NCBI GenBank assembly: GCA_022821385.1
Contig: JAJEDR010000077.1
Coordinates: 42,891 to 106,890 of the forward strand
Direction of reading: 5' to 3'
DNA: 64,000 nucleotides
DNA from: Rhodothermales bacterium
Lineage (GTDB): Bacteria > Bacteroidota > Rhodothermia > Rhodothermales > Bin80
The notes under the pieces are model-generated. The model worked only from the letters and a program-made list of their open reading frames with translations, was not told the DNA's origin and did no database searches. Position numbers and translations under genes: made by a program. Of the stretch, positions 30,101-39,888 are shown piece after piece (the stretch's first letter is position 1; each line of letters starts with the position of its first letter).

Positions 30101-30608
30101 ACATTTGCAGGCGCAGCCCTGACTCAATAGTTGCATCGCGATTGTTACCGGCAATTATCCCTCGTGTAATGGATCCACTCCGCCTTATTTGGAGCGGAGC
30201 CTGCACGGTCTCTGGTTTGTCTGGCTCAGCCACAATCGATGAGTCTGTCTCTATCGGAGGCTCAAGAATTCTTGTGTATCGGTCCGGCAGACCCAAATCC
30301 CAAATTTGATAGACTGCGATTGCCGTATCGCTTGGGGCGATGGACGGTATCCACAGACGGCCAAACCGGGCATCCAGACGGTAATCACTGGAGTCCAGTG
30401 CAGCACCTTGCACTTCGACTATTAACGTGCCGGGTACAATGAATGGACGCAGTATGAAGGGCTGTTCCCCCGTCAAGATGTCTGCCCGGGCCTGCGAATT
30501 TTGCGCAAACGCGTGTGATGACCATAGCGGCGCGCACAGGCAGCATATGGATAGTAATCTACTGAGGTGAGTACTCCAGGGGCGTTTCTGATCCTGCCTA
30601 ACTGCCAA
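27114..30608 (-). CDS. Large conserved outer-membrane protein of unknown function
   Basis: Signal peptide, SGSITRG, GVQGPYRL, DYVIDYATGEVSF, alternating beta-strand pattern and C-terminal Phe. Confidence 0.8.
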   Translation of the reverse strand: MAVRQDQKRPWSTHLSRLLSICCLCAPLWSSHAFAQNSQARADILTGEQPFILRPFIVPGTLIVEVQGAALDSSDYRLDARFGRLWIPSIAPSDTAIAVYQIWDLGLPDRYTRILEPPIETDSSIVAEPDKPETVQAPLQIRRSGSITRGIIAGNNRDATIESGLRLQMSGALAPDINLRAVLTDENTPILPEGTTQRLSELDRVFIEIDTPFSSAQLGDFGLQLNSGTFAQLNRKIQGVGITTPSPSGRLGGIMRMAAATSRGLFKTQDIKIKDGVQGPYRLQGNANEPFILVIPGSESVYLDGNLLTRGESQDYVIDYATGEVSFTTNRLMKSHHRVAVEFQYRTTEFTRTLIASEADFSAGERELGPSFATFGVTFIREADGKSFDQEFGLTTADRDLLTTLGDQEASRSGATSVTYDPDAPWVHYELRDTTVSGNLYRIYTPITRASQGQVFRVEFTRVGPGAGDYVRQGQTTNGITYSYRGPGQGEYLPIRILPKPRQQRMLDLRGSFAPIRYVKLSGEWAQSFRDENRFSSLDAADDRAHSYHGRLQVMDLPVGVGTAMVVLERRLTGENFATFDSVQPIEFVRSWNLPLDRNLVRAHQESIDEATIAWKFSDESSVTGTLGRLRQSGVFSGNRRVLELTINERRLPSLNYFFTVIESESELIQGNWVRHNAQLQKSLIDGRVALTTRFKASNRRQLVPQGLRQDSREYWQVSPTAEWTGNWGTLSSSFDWRDEHLWTDHQLLPGRRRATTSLQYTANSRRSFRSEGRLGWQHTKYSKFFQTTQGLTNERSLVLRWNGRLQPWKRLFRLNWFYEALSEQTPVQQEIYIRTGPELGEYTWVDSNGNGIREIDEFIPEVTQDEGNYARTLIPSDSLQSVTGLKARFNIQFDNGQRWQDAPEKWKRWLSQVALRTAVEVNEKNEAPDPADIYLLRQRNFRHPQYSIRGVLNLTQDLWLFRNNPRYGLEASWRRIRSASKLAAGAEMRSIDDFRIQIRWRLGEMWAFKSGGSSSSKINRSDTFKSREFDIQTRSFTQEIQLGITQDLRLSVSPDYSRKDGETGVSATIVKLPIKGSWSRARRANVNATLELANVNLKDSKGSAGLALFELTDGRGKGSSLLWRLSGWIQLNSVLRATVSYTGRSPQDAPQIHTVRMQLSATF

Positions 30609-31278
30609 AAGTCACGTCGTCCGCTAGTTCATTGGTGTCATCTGATCTAATCGCAACTCCGGCCCTCTCAAGGAGAAAACCACATTCCGTGATTCCTTCT
30701 ACGAGTCCATCCGCCAATTTTCCCATTTTGATATTCTTTTGGATCGAGGCTACGACCTTCGCCCAGTCATCTGCCTCTACTTTCGCATTGATGCCCGCGT
30801 CGCCAATAACTTCTATTCTATGTTCAAGTAGTGACACAAACAAGAGAATACCCGTACGCTCCCGGGTTAAAAACACCTCCTGCTCCAAAAAGGCCTGTAC
30901 CGCTCGTCGATGGGTTGTAACTATGAGTCGGCGGCGCCCCGCCAGACGGCGTTTTAATGCCGGTATCAACAAGGTGAGAACCGCTCCGATTCCACCCGTC
31001 ACTGCAATTAGAAGGACTGGGGTAATTCCTTCAAGCCATTGTGGGGCTCCCCAGCCGGGAAGCCAGCGAATCCCCAGAATCACAGCGTAGGCAAGAAGAG
31101 CAGAAAGACCGGCTCCGCGCCAAAGAGCCACTTCATGCTTATCACTCTGTGCCACGATGTAGGGAACGATTTCCCCCGAGGTACGTGTTTCAGCTGTGGA
31201 TATTGCTTCCTTGATACGTGCGAGTTCAGACTCAGTCAGGATTGCATTCATGAGGTCACATATGTTAGGTTTGGACAC
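30598..31278 (-). CDS. TPM domain membrane protein
   Basis: AETRTSGEIV, TRERTGILLFVSLLEHRIEVIGDAGI and DTNELAD. Confidence 0.88.
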   Translation of the reverse strand: MSKPNICDLMNAILTESELARIKEAISTAETRTSGEIVPYIVAQSDKHEVALWRGAGLSALLAYAVILGIRWLPGWGAPQWLEGITPVLLIAVTGGIGAVLTLLIPALKRRLAGRRRLIVTTHRRAVQAFLEQEVFLTRERTGILLFVSLLEHRIEVIGDAGINAKVEADDWAKVVASIQKNIKMGKLADGLVEGITECGFLLERAGVAIRSDDTNELADDVTFGS

Positions 31279-31951
31279 GTATTAGACGTGTTGATAAATA
31301 AGCATGGATAGATAAACTAAGTACACTCAAACCCACGGCTACAAGCACTAATTTTATCAGCGATGCCTCCCCACCAACCTGCCCCAGTCTTGTAAATACG
31401 GCAAGAGGGATTGTTTGGGTTCGACCGGGTATGTTACCCGCAAAAACGATTGTTGCCCCAAATTCACCAACAGCCCTTGCAAAACCAAGTACAATACCGG
31501 CGATCACACCTCTTGCAGCCAGGGGCAGCGTGACCCATCGAAAAGCTGCCCAGCGTCCTCCCCCATATACGGAAACCGCCTCTTCCCATTCCGGGTCGAT
31601 TTGCTCTATAGCCACACGAAAGGTTTGCACGAGTAAAGGGAAAGCCATGATCCCGGCGGCCAGAGCTGCCCCCCAAGCAGTGAATGCCAGGTCTATGCCT
31701 AAGAGTTTATCCAGAATGCGCCCCCCTACTCCATTTGGTCCCAGAAATGTTAACAACAGTAATCCGGTAACTACAGGGGGAAGAACCAGGGGAAGTTGAA
31801 CTAGATTCTCAACTGCAAAAGTTATTGGGGATTTTCGTCGAGCCAGATACCACGCAGTCAGAATCCCCGGAATCAACATTAACGCAACTGCCGCCGCGGC
31901 AACACGAGCCGATAATCCGATAATCGCCCATTCCTCTGGCAGGATAGACAT
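31265..31951 (-). CDS. modB: Molybdate ABC transporter permease
   Basis: LPLVLPPVVTG and FARAVGEFGATIVFAGNIPGRTQTIPLA. Confidence 0.95.
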   Translation of the reverse strand: MSILPEEWAIIGLSARVAAAAVALMLIPGILTAWYLARRKSPITFAVENLVQLPLVLPPVVTGLLLLTFLGPNGVGGRILDKLLGIDLAFTAWGAALAAGIMAFPLLVQTFRVAIEQIDPEWEEAVSVYGGGRWAAFRWVTLPLAARGVIAGIVLGFARAVGEFGATIVFAGNIPGRTQTIPLAVFTRLGQVGGEASLIKLVLVAVGLSVLSLSIHAYLSTRLIRVQT

Positions 31952-31958
31952 GACGAGT

Positions 31959-32702
31959 TTAAGAATTAAATCCAAATCCGGTCCACAGTGCCAACTGTGT
32001 AGAATCTCCGACAAAAGCAACAAAAGCTGCAGCCATCTCTGGATTAGTTGCTTCACTTAAAGCAGTTGCCACATACCTGATATCTGGAGTACAGGAACGC
32101 GGGAATTGAAACATGGGTCGTAATCCTTTTACTAATGCAGCATCGGAGCGATATACTACGGCTACCTCAGCTGCGCCGCTCGATACTGCAGTAAGTGCTG
32201 CCCGAACATCCAGCGTTGGTACCACCAAAGGTTCCACAACATCCCAAACTTCCGCGCACTGCAATGCCTGTTTACCATAAACTCCAGCCGGTACATGCGA
32301 AGGATCAGCCATTGCAAGGCGACGCACGTTTATGAGTCCTGAGGGACTATCTATTGGATTCGCTGCATGCGAGCCAATAACGACCAGAGTATTCTCCGCA
32401 AACGTAATCTCCGGCCCCCTGGTCAGTGAATGTTCCCGCAGGTAGTCAATCCAGTCTGGACTCGCAGCCATAAACACATCAGCAGGAGCTCCCTGTTGAA
32501 TTTGCCTTGCAAGTAGCGAGGTCGGTCCTACATGTGTATGGACAGTAATTTCCGGATACTGTGATTCAAACAACATGACTATTTCATTGAGGGCATCTGT
32601 GAGAGAGGCCGCTGCAAAGACAGTCATTGAAGCCTTGTGCGAATCGGAGCTTGAATTGCACCCTACCGCCAGGAATACTGCGACTATGACCAGCCGCATC
32701 AC
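31959..32702 (-). CDS. modA: Molybdate ABC transporter substrate-binding lipoprotein
   Basis: VFAAASLTDA, LARQIQQGAPADVF, VPAGVYG and VYRSDA. Confidence 0.95.
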   Translation of the reverse strand: MMRLVIVAVFLAVGCNSSSDSHKASMTVFAAASLTDALNEIVMLFESQYPEITVHTHVGPTSLLARQIQQGAPADVFMAASPDWIDYLREHSLTRGPEITFAENTLVVIGSHAANPIDSPSGLINVRRLAMADPSHVPAGVYGKQALQCAEVWDVVEPLVVPTLDVRAALTAVSSGAAEVAVVYRSDAALVKGLRPMFQFPRSCTPDIRYVATALSEATNPEMAAAFVAFVGDSTQLALWTGFGFNS

Positions 32703-33703
32703 AAGTTGATCTGTTCGCGGATAGAGGCAATTAATGCGGATGCGCGTTGATAGTGCACCGAAGTAGAATCAGGTGCCAAGGTGCGTACCCGTTCCAGTTG
32801 TGCAATCGCCTCTTCCGTCCGATTGATCCGGGCCAGCATCAATCCGTAGTTAAAATTGGCATTTAAATGGTCAGGATCCACCTCAAGTACTTTTTTGATT
32901 TCGGTGACGCCCAGCATAGGACTACCGGTGTTCAGGTATGCTGTTGCCATATCTGTGCGCACATCAAGGTTGTCGGGATCCAATGCAAGTGTTGCTTGAT
33001 AGGCATTTACAGCCGACGCGGCCGCCCTACTACGCTCAGGAGGCTGTGTCTCATTTGCCATCCACTCATAGTACAGATCCCCGGCTGTTTTCCAATCTTC
33101 GGCGAGGCCGGTCTGCTCAGCTATTGCTGATTGAACATCGCCTGCCACATCCAGCCGTCCACCCTCTGCCAGCACGTACATCTTTTCACGCATAAGAACG
33201 AGAGCGACAGCACTTGTATCACTCATGATCGCTGCATCCAACTCAGCAATTCGATCCGCCAATTCACCGGACAGTGGAGTCCGTAGTGAAACGTCATCCA
33301 TTGAAGCTGTTGTCGGAAGCACAGGTTCGGGGGAGGATACCCGCTTACTGACTGTAGTTGCAACAAACAATGCGATTACCAACAACACGCCCAATCCGAA
33401 AAGCACGAAGACCTGCTGGCCTACACCACGCTCAATGTTCGCTGGACGTTTTCTGGGATTCGCCAACTGCTCTCGAGGTTTGGTAACTACGCGTTGCAAC
33501 TTCTCTCCACATTGAGAGCAGAATTTGGAACCGGCTGGGTTTTTCCAACCGCACGTGTTACAATAACTGCCCCCTGTAATCCTCTCTTTCGGTACGGTTT
33601 GAATTTCTTCAACTGTCTTTGCCTCCACTGGCCATCCACATAAGCCGCACCGTTCCTCATCTTTAACGAGTCGCGCCCCACACTCAGCACAAGTCTGCAT
33701 CAT
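32699..33703 (-). CDS. Zinc-ribbon and TPR membrane protein
   Basis: Four CxxCG pairs, one TM helix and C-terminal TPR repeats. Confidence 0.8.
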   Translation of the reverse strand: MMQTCAECGARLVKDEERCGLCGWPVEAKTVEEIQTVPKERITGGSYCNTCGWKNPAGSKFCSQCGEKLQRVVTKPREQLANPRKRPANIERGVGQQVFVLFGLGVLLVIALFVATTVSKRVSSPEPVLPTTASMDDVSLRTPLSGELADRIAELDAAIMSDTSAVALVLMREKMYVLAEGGRLDVAGDVQSAIAEQTGLAEDWKTAGDLYYEWMANETQPPERSRAAASAVNAYQATLALDPDNLDVRTDMATAYLNTGSPMLGVTEIKKVLEVDPDHLNANFNYGLMLARINRTEEAIAQLERVRTLAPDSTSVHYQRASALIASIREQINL

Positions 33704-33987
33704 TCACGGTCCCGAGTTAGAACACGGTCTTTGAATTCCCGTGAAGGCTTGAAGACAGGGACTTTCTTTGCTTCTACACGCATGATTTCTCCGGTTGCGA
33801 GGTTACGTGCATTACGGGCAGCCCGCTCCTGGATGCGGAACGATCCAAAGCCCCGAATATCTACTGGTTCACTTCTGGACAAAGCTTCCTTGACTGTTTC
33901 CGTAAATCCAGACAATACTGCCCCGGTCTCCTGTTTGGTTAGACCCGTTCCACGGGCAATTATTTCAATCAGTTCGGTTTTGGTCAT
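33700..33987 (-). CDS. hup: HU family DNA-binding protein
   Basis: MTKTELI, IRGFGSF, ARNARN and VPVFKPS. Confidence 0.93.
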   Translation of the reverse strand: MTKTELIEIIARGTGLTKQETGAVLSGFTETVKEALSRSEPVDIRGFGSFRIQERAARNARNLATGEIMRVEAKKVPVFKPSREFKDRVLTRDRE

Positions 33988-34202
33988 GAAGCTATGGGTA
34001 TGAACGATAATGCGGACAAGTCGGTCGAAAAAAGGCCGTCTCTTCCAAGCCTGCAACAGGTTTGACGCACAACTCGCACAATTGTGCCCCCTGGTGTAGT
34101 GGAAATATTACACAACGAGAAAGGCATCGCCTGATTGTGCCACGAAGTGTGATTTGGCGAGTATACCTCCTCCAAAATTCGATCCATCAAAGTTCAATTG
34201 TC

Positions 34203-36953
34203 ATGAGTTCCTGGCAGGAATTGCGATTTGAGGCGCAGGGTACAGGCATTTCTGTTCCCCTGAGTGAGCAGATCAATCTTTTGGGCGGCATGCTGGGCCA
34301 TGTAATACAGACACAGGCCAGCCCAGAGATGCTGGACATGGTTGAGAAGTTGCGCCATTTGACGAAGCAGGCTATCTCTGAGCAGGATGCCGTTCTGCGT
34401 CGTGAAGCAGTAGCGCAAATCAAAGAGTTGGAGCTCCAAGATATTGAATGGCTGCTGCGTGCATTTACAACATTCTTTTACCTGGTTAATCAGAGTGAGC
34501 AACAGGAGATCATTCGGATCAATCGTGACCGTGCACGGCTACTTCCTGAAATGGGACGGGCAGACTCGATTGACGAGGCCGTGGGAATTCTGCTTAGAGC
34601 GAATTACCCGCTGGATGAAGTCATTAAGTTGGTCGCACGACTCGATATCCAGCCCACACTGACTGCACACCCAACGGAAGCGCGCCGCCGAACAATTTTG
34701 TACAAGCAGGAGCACCTGGCATCACTTATTGACAAGCTTAGGCACAGCAAACCGACTCCCGACGAGCGAAATGCACTGCTCTATCAAATACAGAACCAGG
34801 TTGGTCTTCTTGTTGCTTCTGACAAGGTTCGTGCAAGCAAGCCAACAGTAATTGATGAGGTGGCAAACGGACTGCATTATCTACGGAACGCGATCTGGGA
34901 AGCAATCCCACGTATTCATACCGATGTGATCACTGCGATTGAGCGCCATTACGGTGAACGTGTGGAGGTACCGATCTTCCTGCAGTTTCGGTCATGGATT
35001 GGAGGTGACAGAGACGGCAACCCAAATGTGACATCTGCGATCACACGAGAAACCTTCTCAATGCACCGCAGAACAGTGTTATCCCGGTACCTGAACGACC
35101 TTCGTGAACTGCGACGGGATCTCAGTATATCTGAATTACACTTGACTGCCCCTGATATACTGCACGAATCCATCCAGGTAGACGAGGCGGAGGTGACGCT
35201 CGCCGCACACGAAAATCGTCTTTACATCCGGGAACCGTTCCGTCGGAAGCTCAGCTTCATGATGCAGCGTATCGAGTTGGCGAGAGAAGGAGATAATAAT
35301 GTTTACGACAGCAATCGATTTCTTGCAGATTTGCAAATCCTTGCGGATACCCTTGAAGAAAACGGGTATGGAGATCTGGTCGTTCATGGACGCCTAAATA
35401 AGATTCTCTTGCAGGCACAGGTCTTTGGATTTCATATGGCTGCGCTGGATATCCGACAGCACAGCCGAGTCCACACTCATGCAGTGGGTACCCTGTTCAG
35501 GGTTAGTCGAGTCTGCGAAGATTACGCAGCTTTGACAGAAGAGGCCAAGCTAGAGCTTTTATCAGAAGAGCTCAGCAATCCAAGGCCTCTCCTGCCTCGA
35601 GGCAATCAGGTTGAGGAGGATCTACAGGAGGTACTCGACACGTTTGTCGTAATCCGGGATATTATAAAGTCATCTCCTCGTGCACTGGGGAGTTATGTGG
35701 TAAGTATGACCCACGCCGTGAGTCATATTCTGGAAGTCCTGTTACTTGCAAAAGAAGTTGGCCTTTGGCATACAGAGGGGGAAACCGTGTTTTTCCCCCT
35801 TGATGTCGTACCGCTCTTTGAAACTATAGAAGATCTGGACCTCGCAGGTGTCCTGCTGACCAAACTCTTTGAACACCCAATCTATCGCCAGCATCTTGCG
35901 CATCGGGACGACATGCAGGAAATCATGTTAGGCTACTCAGACAGCAACAAGGATGGCGGTTACTGGATGGCAAACTGGGCGTTGCATAAAGCACAAAAAT
36001 GTATTGGCGATATCTGCAAGGATTTCGGGGTTGATCTGCGGCTATTTCACGGACGTGGAGGAACCGTTGGTCGTGGTGGCGGCCGCGCCGGTCAGGCAAT
36101 CATTGCGATGCCACGGATCATACATAATGGCCGGATCCGGTTCACTGAACAGGGTGAAGTAATTTCTTTCAGGTATGCGCTGCCTGCAATAGCGCACCGC
36201 CATCTAGAGCAGATTGTGAGGGCTATGCTGATAGCCCCGCTTCATGCGGCAGATGAAGCAGGAGATGCTGAAATCATGGAACGTCTCTCTGCAGTGTCAA
36301 TGAAGAGCTATCGCGCACTTATTGATGATCCTGACTTCTGGGCATGGTATGTTTCGTGTACGCCAATTGAGCAGATCAGCCGATTACCCATTGCTTCACG
36401 GCCGGTTTCTCGCGGCTCGGTAAATATGGTGGATTTCGACGATCTACGGGCAATTCCCTGGGGGTTTGCCTGGACGCAGACGCGTTACGTAGTACCGGGA
36501 TGGTATGGAGCAGGGAATGGGCTTACAGCACTTGTTCAAGATCACGCGTCTGCCCTGAAGCGTATGTACAAGGAATGGCCCTTCTTCCAAGCAGTGCTGG
36601 ACAGTGCTCAACTTGAGATGGCGCGCGCCAGACTGGATATTGCGTCAGAATATGTTTCGCTTGCCGCTGACCCAGTAATTGGAAAACGTATACATGACCA
36701 GATTGTGGGAGACTTTAAAATGGGTAAAGCAGCCATCTTGGAGATTACCGGATTCGACCGACTCTGTGGACATGTTCCCGTTTTCAGAAAATCTGTCAAA
36801 CTTCGTAATCCCTACTCTGACGTACTGAACCTCTTACAAATTGAGTTGATCAGACGAAGCCGCAGCAAGCTGGAAGCAGACGAAAAGCGGTTGACGCATG
36901 CACTGCTTCTGAGTGTCAATGGGATCGCCGCGGCAATGCAAAGCACAGGATAA
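34203..36953 (+). CDS. ppc: Phosphoenolpyruvate carboxylase
   Basis: TAHPTE, SWIGGDRDGNP, MLGYSDSNKDGG, FHGRGGTVGRGGG, LRAIPW and C-terminal MQSTG. Confidence 0.97.
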   Translation: MSSWQELRFEAQGTGISVPLSEQINLLGGMLGHVIQTQASPEMLDMVEKLRHLTKQAISEQDAVLRREAVAQIKELELQDIEWLLRAFTTFFYLVNQSEQQEIIRINRDRARLLPEMGRADSIDEAVGILLRANYPLDEVIKLVARLDIQPTLTAHPTEARRRTILYKQEHLASLIDKLRHSKPTPDERNALLYQIQNQVGLLVASDKVRASKPTVIDEVANGLHYLRNAIWEAIPRIHTDVITAIERHYGERVEVPIFLQFRSWIGGDRDGNPNVTSAITRETFSMHRRTVLSRYLNDLRELRRDLSISELHLTAPDILHESIQVDEAEVTLAAHENRLYIREPFRRKLSFMMQRIELAREGDNNVYDSNRFLADLQILADTLEENGYGDLVVHGRLNKILLQAQVFGFHMAALDIRQHSRVHTHAVGTLFRVSRVCEDYAALTEEAKLELLSEELSNPRPLLPRGNQVEEDLQEVLDTFVVIRDIIKSSPRALGSYVVSMTHAVSHILEVLLLAKEVGLWHTEGETVFFPLDVVPLFETIEDLDLAGVLLTKLFEHPIYRQHLAHRDDMQEIMLGYSDSNKDGGYWMANWALHKAQKCIGDICKDFGVDLRLFHGRGGTVGRGGGRAGQAIIAMPRIIHNGRIRFTEQGEVISFRYALPAIAHRHLEQIVRAMLIAPLHAADEAGDAEIMERLSAVSMKSYRALIDDPDFWAWYVSCTPIEQISRLPIASRPVSRGSVNMVDFDDLRAIPWGFAWTQTRYVVPGWYGAGNGLTALVQDHASALKRMYKEWPFFQAVLDSAQLEMARARLDIASEYVSLAADPVIGKRIHDQIVGDFKMGKAAILEITGFDRLCGHVPVFRKSVKLRNPYSDVLNLLQIELIRRSRSKLEADEKRLTHALLLSVNGIAAAMQSTG

Positions 36954-36957
36954 CCAG

Positions 36958-37782
36958 CTATTGGCTCAAACGGACGAGCGCCTTTACGGGCACGTGATCC
37001 GACACATACCTGCCTTCGCTGACTGCCACAACGGCTTCATAGCTTTGTACAGTCCAGGCGGACGAAACAAAAATATAGTCAATTCGCGCTTCGGGCAGCG
37101 ACTCCCTTTCTAGAAACCCGCTGAAGGTACCTACGGGCCCTTCGGGCGGACTTTTACTGACCGTTCGCGCGTCTTGTAGCAGATCCACTGTCAACGCTGC
37201 GTAAGCCTCAGTTTCCGGGGTTGTATTGAAGTCTCCAAGCATCAGCACCGGTGCATCCTCAGCGAACATCCGTGCGTAACTGCTTAGAAGTTTAGCACTT
37301 TCCAACCGCGCTTGATTGCCCCGGTGATCAAAGTGGGTATTGATTGCCCAAAAGCGAATGTCTGTATCTCGCACACTCAGATAAGCCGCAGTGGCTATTC
37401 TTGGGAGTGCTGCATCCCAGCCCCGACTACCCGGTACATCGGGAGTCTCTGAGAGCCAGAAGGTGACCACATCCAGTAGCTCAAAAGTCTCCGCTTTATA
37501 GAAGATTGGGGCAAATTCACCTGCATCCTTGCCATCATCTCTTCCTACCCCTACCCATTCATAGCCCGAGAGCTGGGCTGCCAGTTGATCCACCTGGTGG
37601 GCAAGAGCTTCCTGGACACCGATAAGGTCTGATTTGGTCATCTCGTTTGCCACCCATTCCGCCCTATGCGGCCACGCGCTGGGACCATCATCGGGATTAT
37701 CATAGCGAATATTGAAGGACATCGCCGTAAAGTCTATCGAGGCAGACTGTAACATAAATGTCAAAACAATCAGACTGAACAT
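36958..37782 (-). CDS. Endonuclease/exonuclease/phosphatase family protein
   Basis: MSFNIRY, GVQE, NTHFDH, GDFN, IDYIF and SDH. Confidence 0.92.
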   Translation of the reverse strand: MFSLIVLTFMLQSASIDFTAMSFNIRYDNPDDGPSAWPHRAEWVANEMTKSDLIGVQEALAHQVDQLAAQLSGYEWVGVGRDDGKDAGEFAPIFYKAETFELLDVVTFWLSETPDVPGSRGWDAALPRIATAAYLSVRDTDIRFWAINTHFDHRGNQARLESAKLLSSYARMFAEDAPVLMLGDFNTTPETEAYAALTVDLLQDARTVSKSPPEGPVGTFSGFLERESLPEARIDYIFVSSAWTVQSYEAVVAVSEGRYVSDHVPVKALVRLSQ

Positions 37783-37784
37783 GA

Positions 37785-38882
37785 CTATCCACCTATTGTG
37801 ATCATTGGGCGGTTCTTGGACGCTGCGATTGCATGCATGCCTGCGTGTCTGGCATGTTTTCCACCCACCGCGGTACTTATTAACCCGAGGAGTTCCTGGT
37901 CACTAGCACCACTCCGCATCGCATGTCGCAGGCTGACTTCTGCCCGTCCAAACAAACATACTTTCAGATTACCGTCTGCGGTGATTCGGAGACGATCGCA
38001 ACCTTCGCAAAAATCTTCTGTCATGGACGTAATAAATCCTACCCGGCCACGAAAACCGGGGACTCTATACAACTTTGCAGTTGACTCAGGACCGCATGCA
38101 ATTGGTTCAAGTGGATACACTTGCTGGATGACTTGGAGCATTTCGTCATAGGGGACCAACTTCTCTCCACTCCATCGATTGTCGTCAAAGGGCATAAACT
38201 CTATAAAGCGGACTTCAATTGACTTTTCGCGCGTGAGGCCAACAAAGTCTACCAATTCATCTTCATTCACATCCCGCATTACCACACAGTTGATTTTAAC
38301 CGGGTCATATCCGGAGTTAAGCATCACATCAATTGCTTCCAAAACTAGATCAAGCCCATCTCGCCGTGTGATCGCCTCAAACCGGTCAGGCTGCAATGTA
38401 TCCAGGCTCAGGTTTATTAGGTTGAGTCCCGCTGCTCGGAGCTTAGGGAGCTTACGCTTTATTAATAGGCCGTTCGTGGTAATAGCAAGCGTTTTAAGTC
38501 CCGGTAAAGAAGCCAGCGCTTCGGCAATTTTTTCAATTCCGGGTCTTAGCAGCGGCTCTCCACCGGTAAGGCGAATTTTGGTTACTCCCTGTTCGACGAA
38601 GAGTCGTGCCAAATGGATGATTTCGTCGTCTGTCAGCAATTCATCTGTTGGCGTCCAGTCGAGTCCTCCTTCCGGCATGCAGTAGCTGCATCGCAAATTG
38701 CAACGCTCTACCAACGAAATCCTCAGATACTTGTGTACCCTCCCAAAGCTGTCAGACAAGACATGCGCCCGACTTTTGGCGGGTGCGTACGGAAGAGAGA
38801 AATCTCTGGGCGCCTGTGATACAGATGCCATGCCGAAATCCAGTCTTTCAGCTTCCGGGAGAAGCTCAAGTTCATAAATCAT
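37785..38882 (-). CDS. moaA: GTP 3',8-cyclase
   Basis: YLRISLVERCNLRCSYC, TGGEP, FCEGCDRLR...LKVCL and C-terminal IGG. Start uncertain (38832-38924). Confidence 0.96.
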   Translation of the reverse strand: MIYELELLPEAERLDFGMASVSQAPRDFSLPYAPAKSRAHVLSDSFGRVHKYLRISLVERCNLRCSYCMPEGGLDWTPTDELLTDDEIIHLARLFVEQGVTKIRLTGGEPLLRPGIEKIAEALASLPGLKTLAITTNGLLIKRKLPKLRAAGLNLINLSLDTLQPDRFEAITRRDGLDLVLEAIDVMLNSGYDPVKINCVVMRDVNEDELVDFVGLTREKSIEVRFIEFMPFDDNRWSGEKLVPYDEMLQVIQQVYPLEPIACGPESTAKLYRVPGFRGRVGFITSMTEDFCEGCDRLRITADGNLKVCLFGRAEVSLRHAMRSGASDQELLGLISTAVGGKHARHAGMHAIAASKNRPMITIGG

Positions 38883-39159
38883 CGTGCATCCACCAATATG
38901 CCTCTGTGCTCTTATGTGAACCAACGCTTAATGAATAAGCCAGAATACAAGATATCTTGGCCTTGATAGATCAAGTTTAGAATTTACTCTAAATAGGGCC
39001 TGAGAGTTCAATGGAGCGAAACAGATTAATCTGTTTTCAAGGTCTGCTGTGCGGAAAAAGGTGTTGACCGAAAACACAGGGAAAATGATCGGCGAACTCT
39101 GGGCATGAAAGCATATCCTCAACAACTCGAAATTTCGGCAATATAGGTTCGCATCTCCA

Positions 39160-39537
39160 TTACCAAAAACTCTTGTCTTCGCGCCTACTAACATATTCGA
39201 CGCAGTATATGGCCATCCTACGGATCAGATCCTCCATGAGAGGCTCTTGATAAGGAATCAGTAGGCAGTACTTGGTTGTTCTGTACTTTTCTAATTCCTC
39301 ATGAAATGGTGCCAGCGATGCCCTGTGCGGAGCAAAGTTGAGGTGGGCCTTGTGCGCAGAATAGGCAAATAGAAAGCGAGGCTCCACGAAGAAAGGATTT
39401 CCCCATTTGATAACTTCCTGGGCCTCAGGCGCAACACTCCGAAGGATCGCACGAAGCTTGTGCAGATGTGGGAGTGCCTCATCCGGGGCGGCCATGATAT
39501 ACTCTTCAACCGTGGTCGGTCGCTGTTTGTCAGCCAT
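39160..39537 (-). CDS. DUF1801 (YdhG-like) protein
   Basis: TVEEYI, PEAQEVIKWGNP and AHKAHL. Confidence 0.85.
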   Translation of the reverse strand: MADKQRPTTVEEYIMAAPDEALPHLHKLRAILRSVAPEAQEVIKWGNPFFVEPRFLFAYSAHKAHLNFAPHRASLAPFHEELEKYRTTKYCLLIPYQEPLMEDLIRRMAIYCVEYVSRREDKSFW

Positions 39538-39888
39538 GTGATTAACTCGAGGGATGCTATGATCGACTGATCACCAGTGCCTGTGGATTACACATCTCGT
39601 GCATACAGGTTTCCATCGGTACGATGGTCATGGGGCATTTCTTCTGATGGTTCTGGTATATGCGGGAAACTGCGAGTATATATCCGCTGAAAACCCAAGA
39701 GCTACACAAGCCCATAAGGGAATGTAATCTTCATGGTTATCCTGACTAGCAGTCTCAATTTCCTTCAAGAGATATCCGCCGCGTGCTTTGTATATAATCT
39801 AATGAGACGTTCTGCTGTCTGAACATCCGTGTAGAACCTGTGATTATGGCAATCCGTAAGAGTACCCACGAACAAAACTCTTGGACTA

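Noticed and set aside
38883-39130. Possible Moco riboswitch upstream of moaA
   Set aside because: I could not recognise the characteristic conserved segments on the minus strand; only generic dyads were seen (reported separately).
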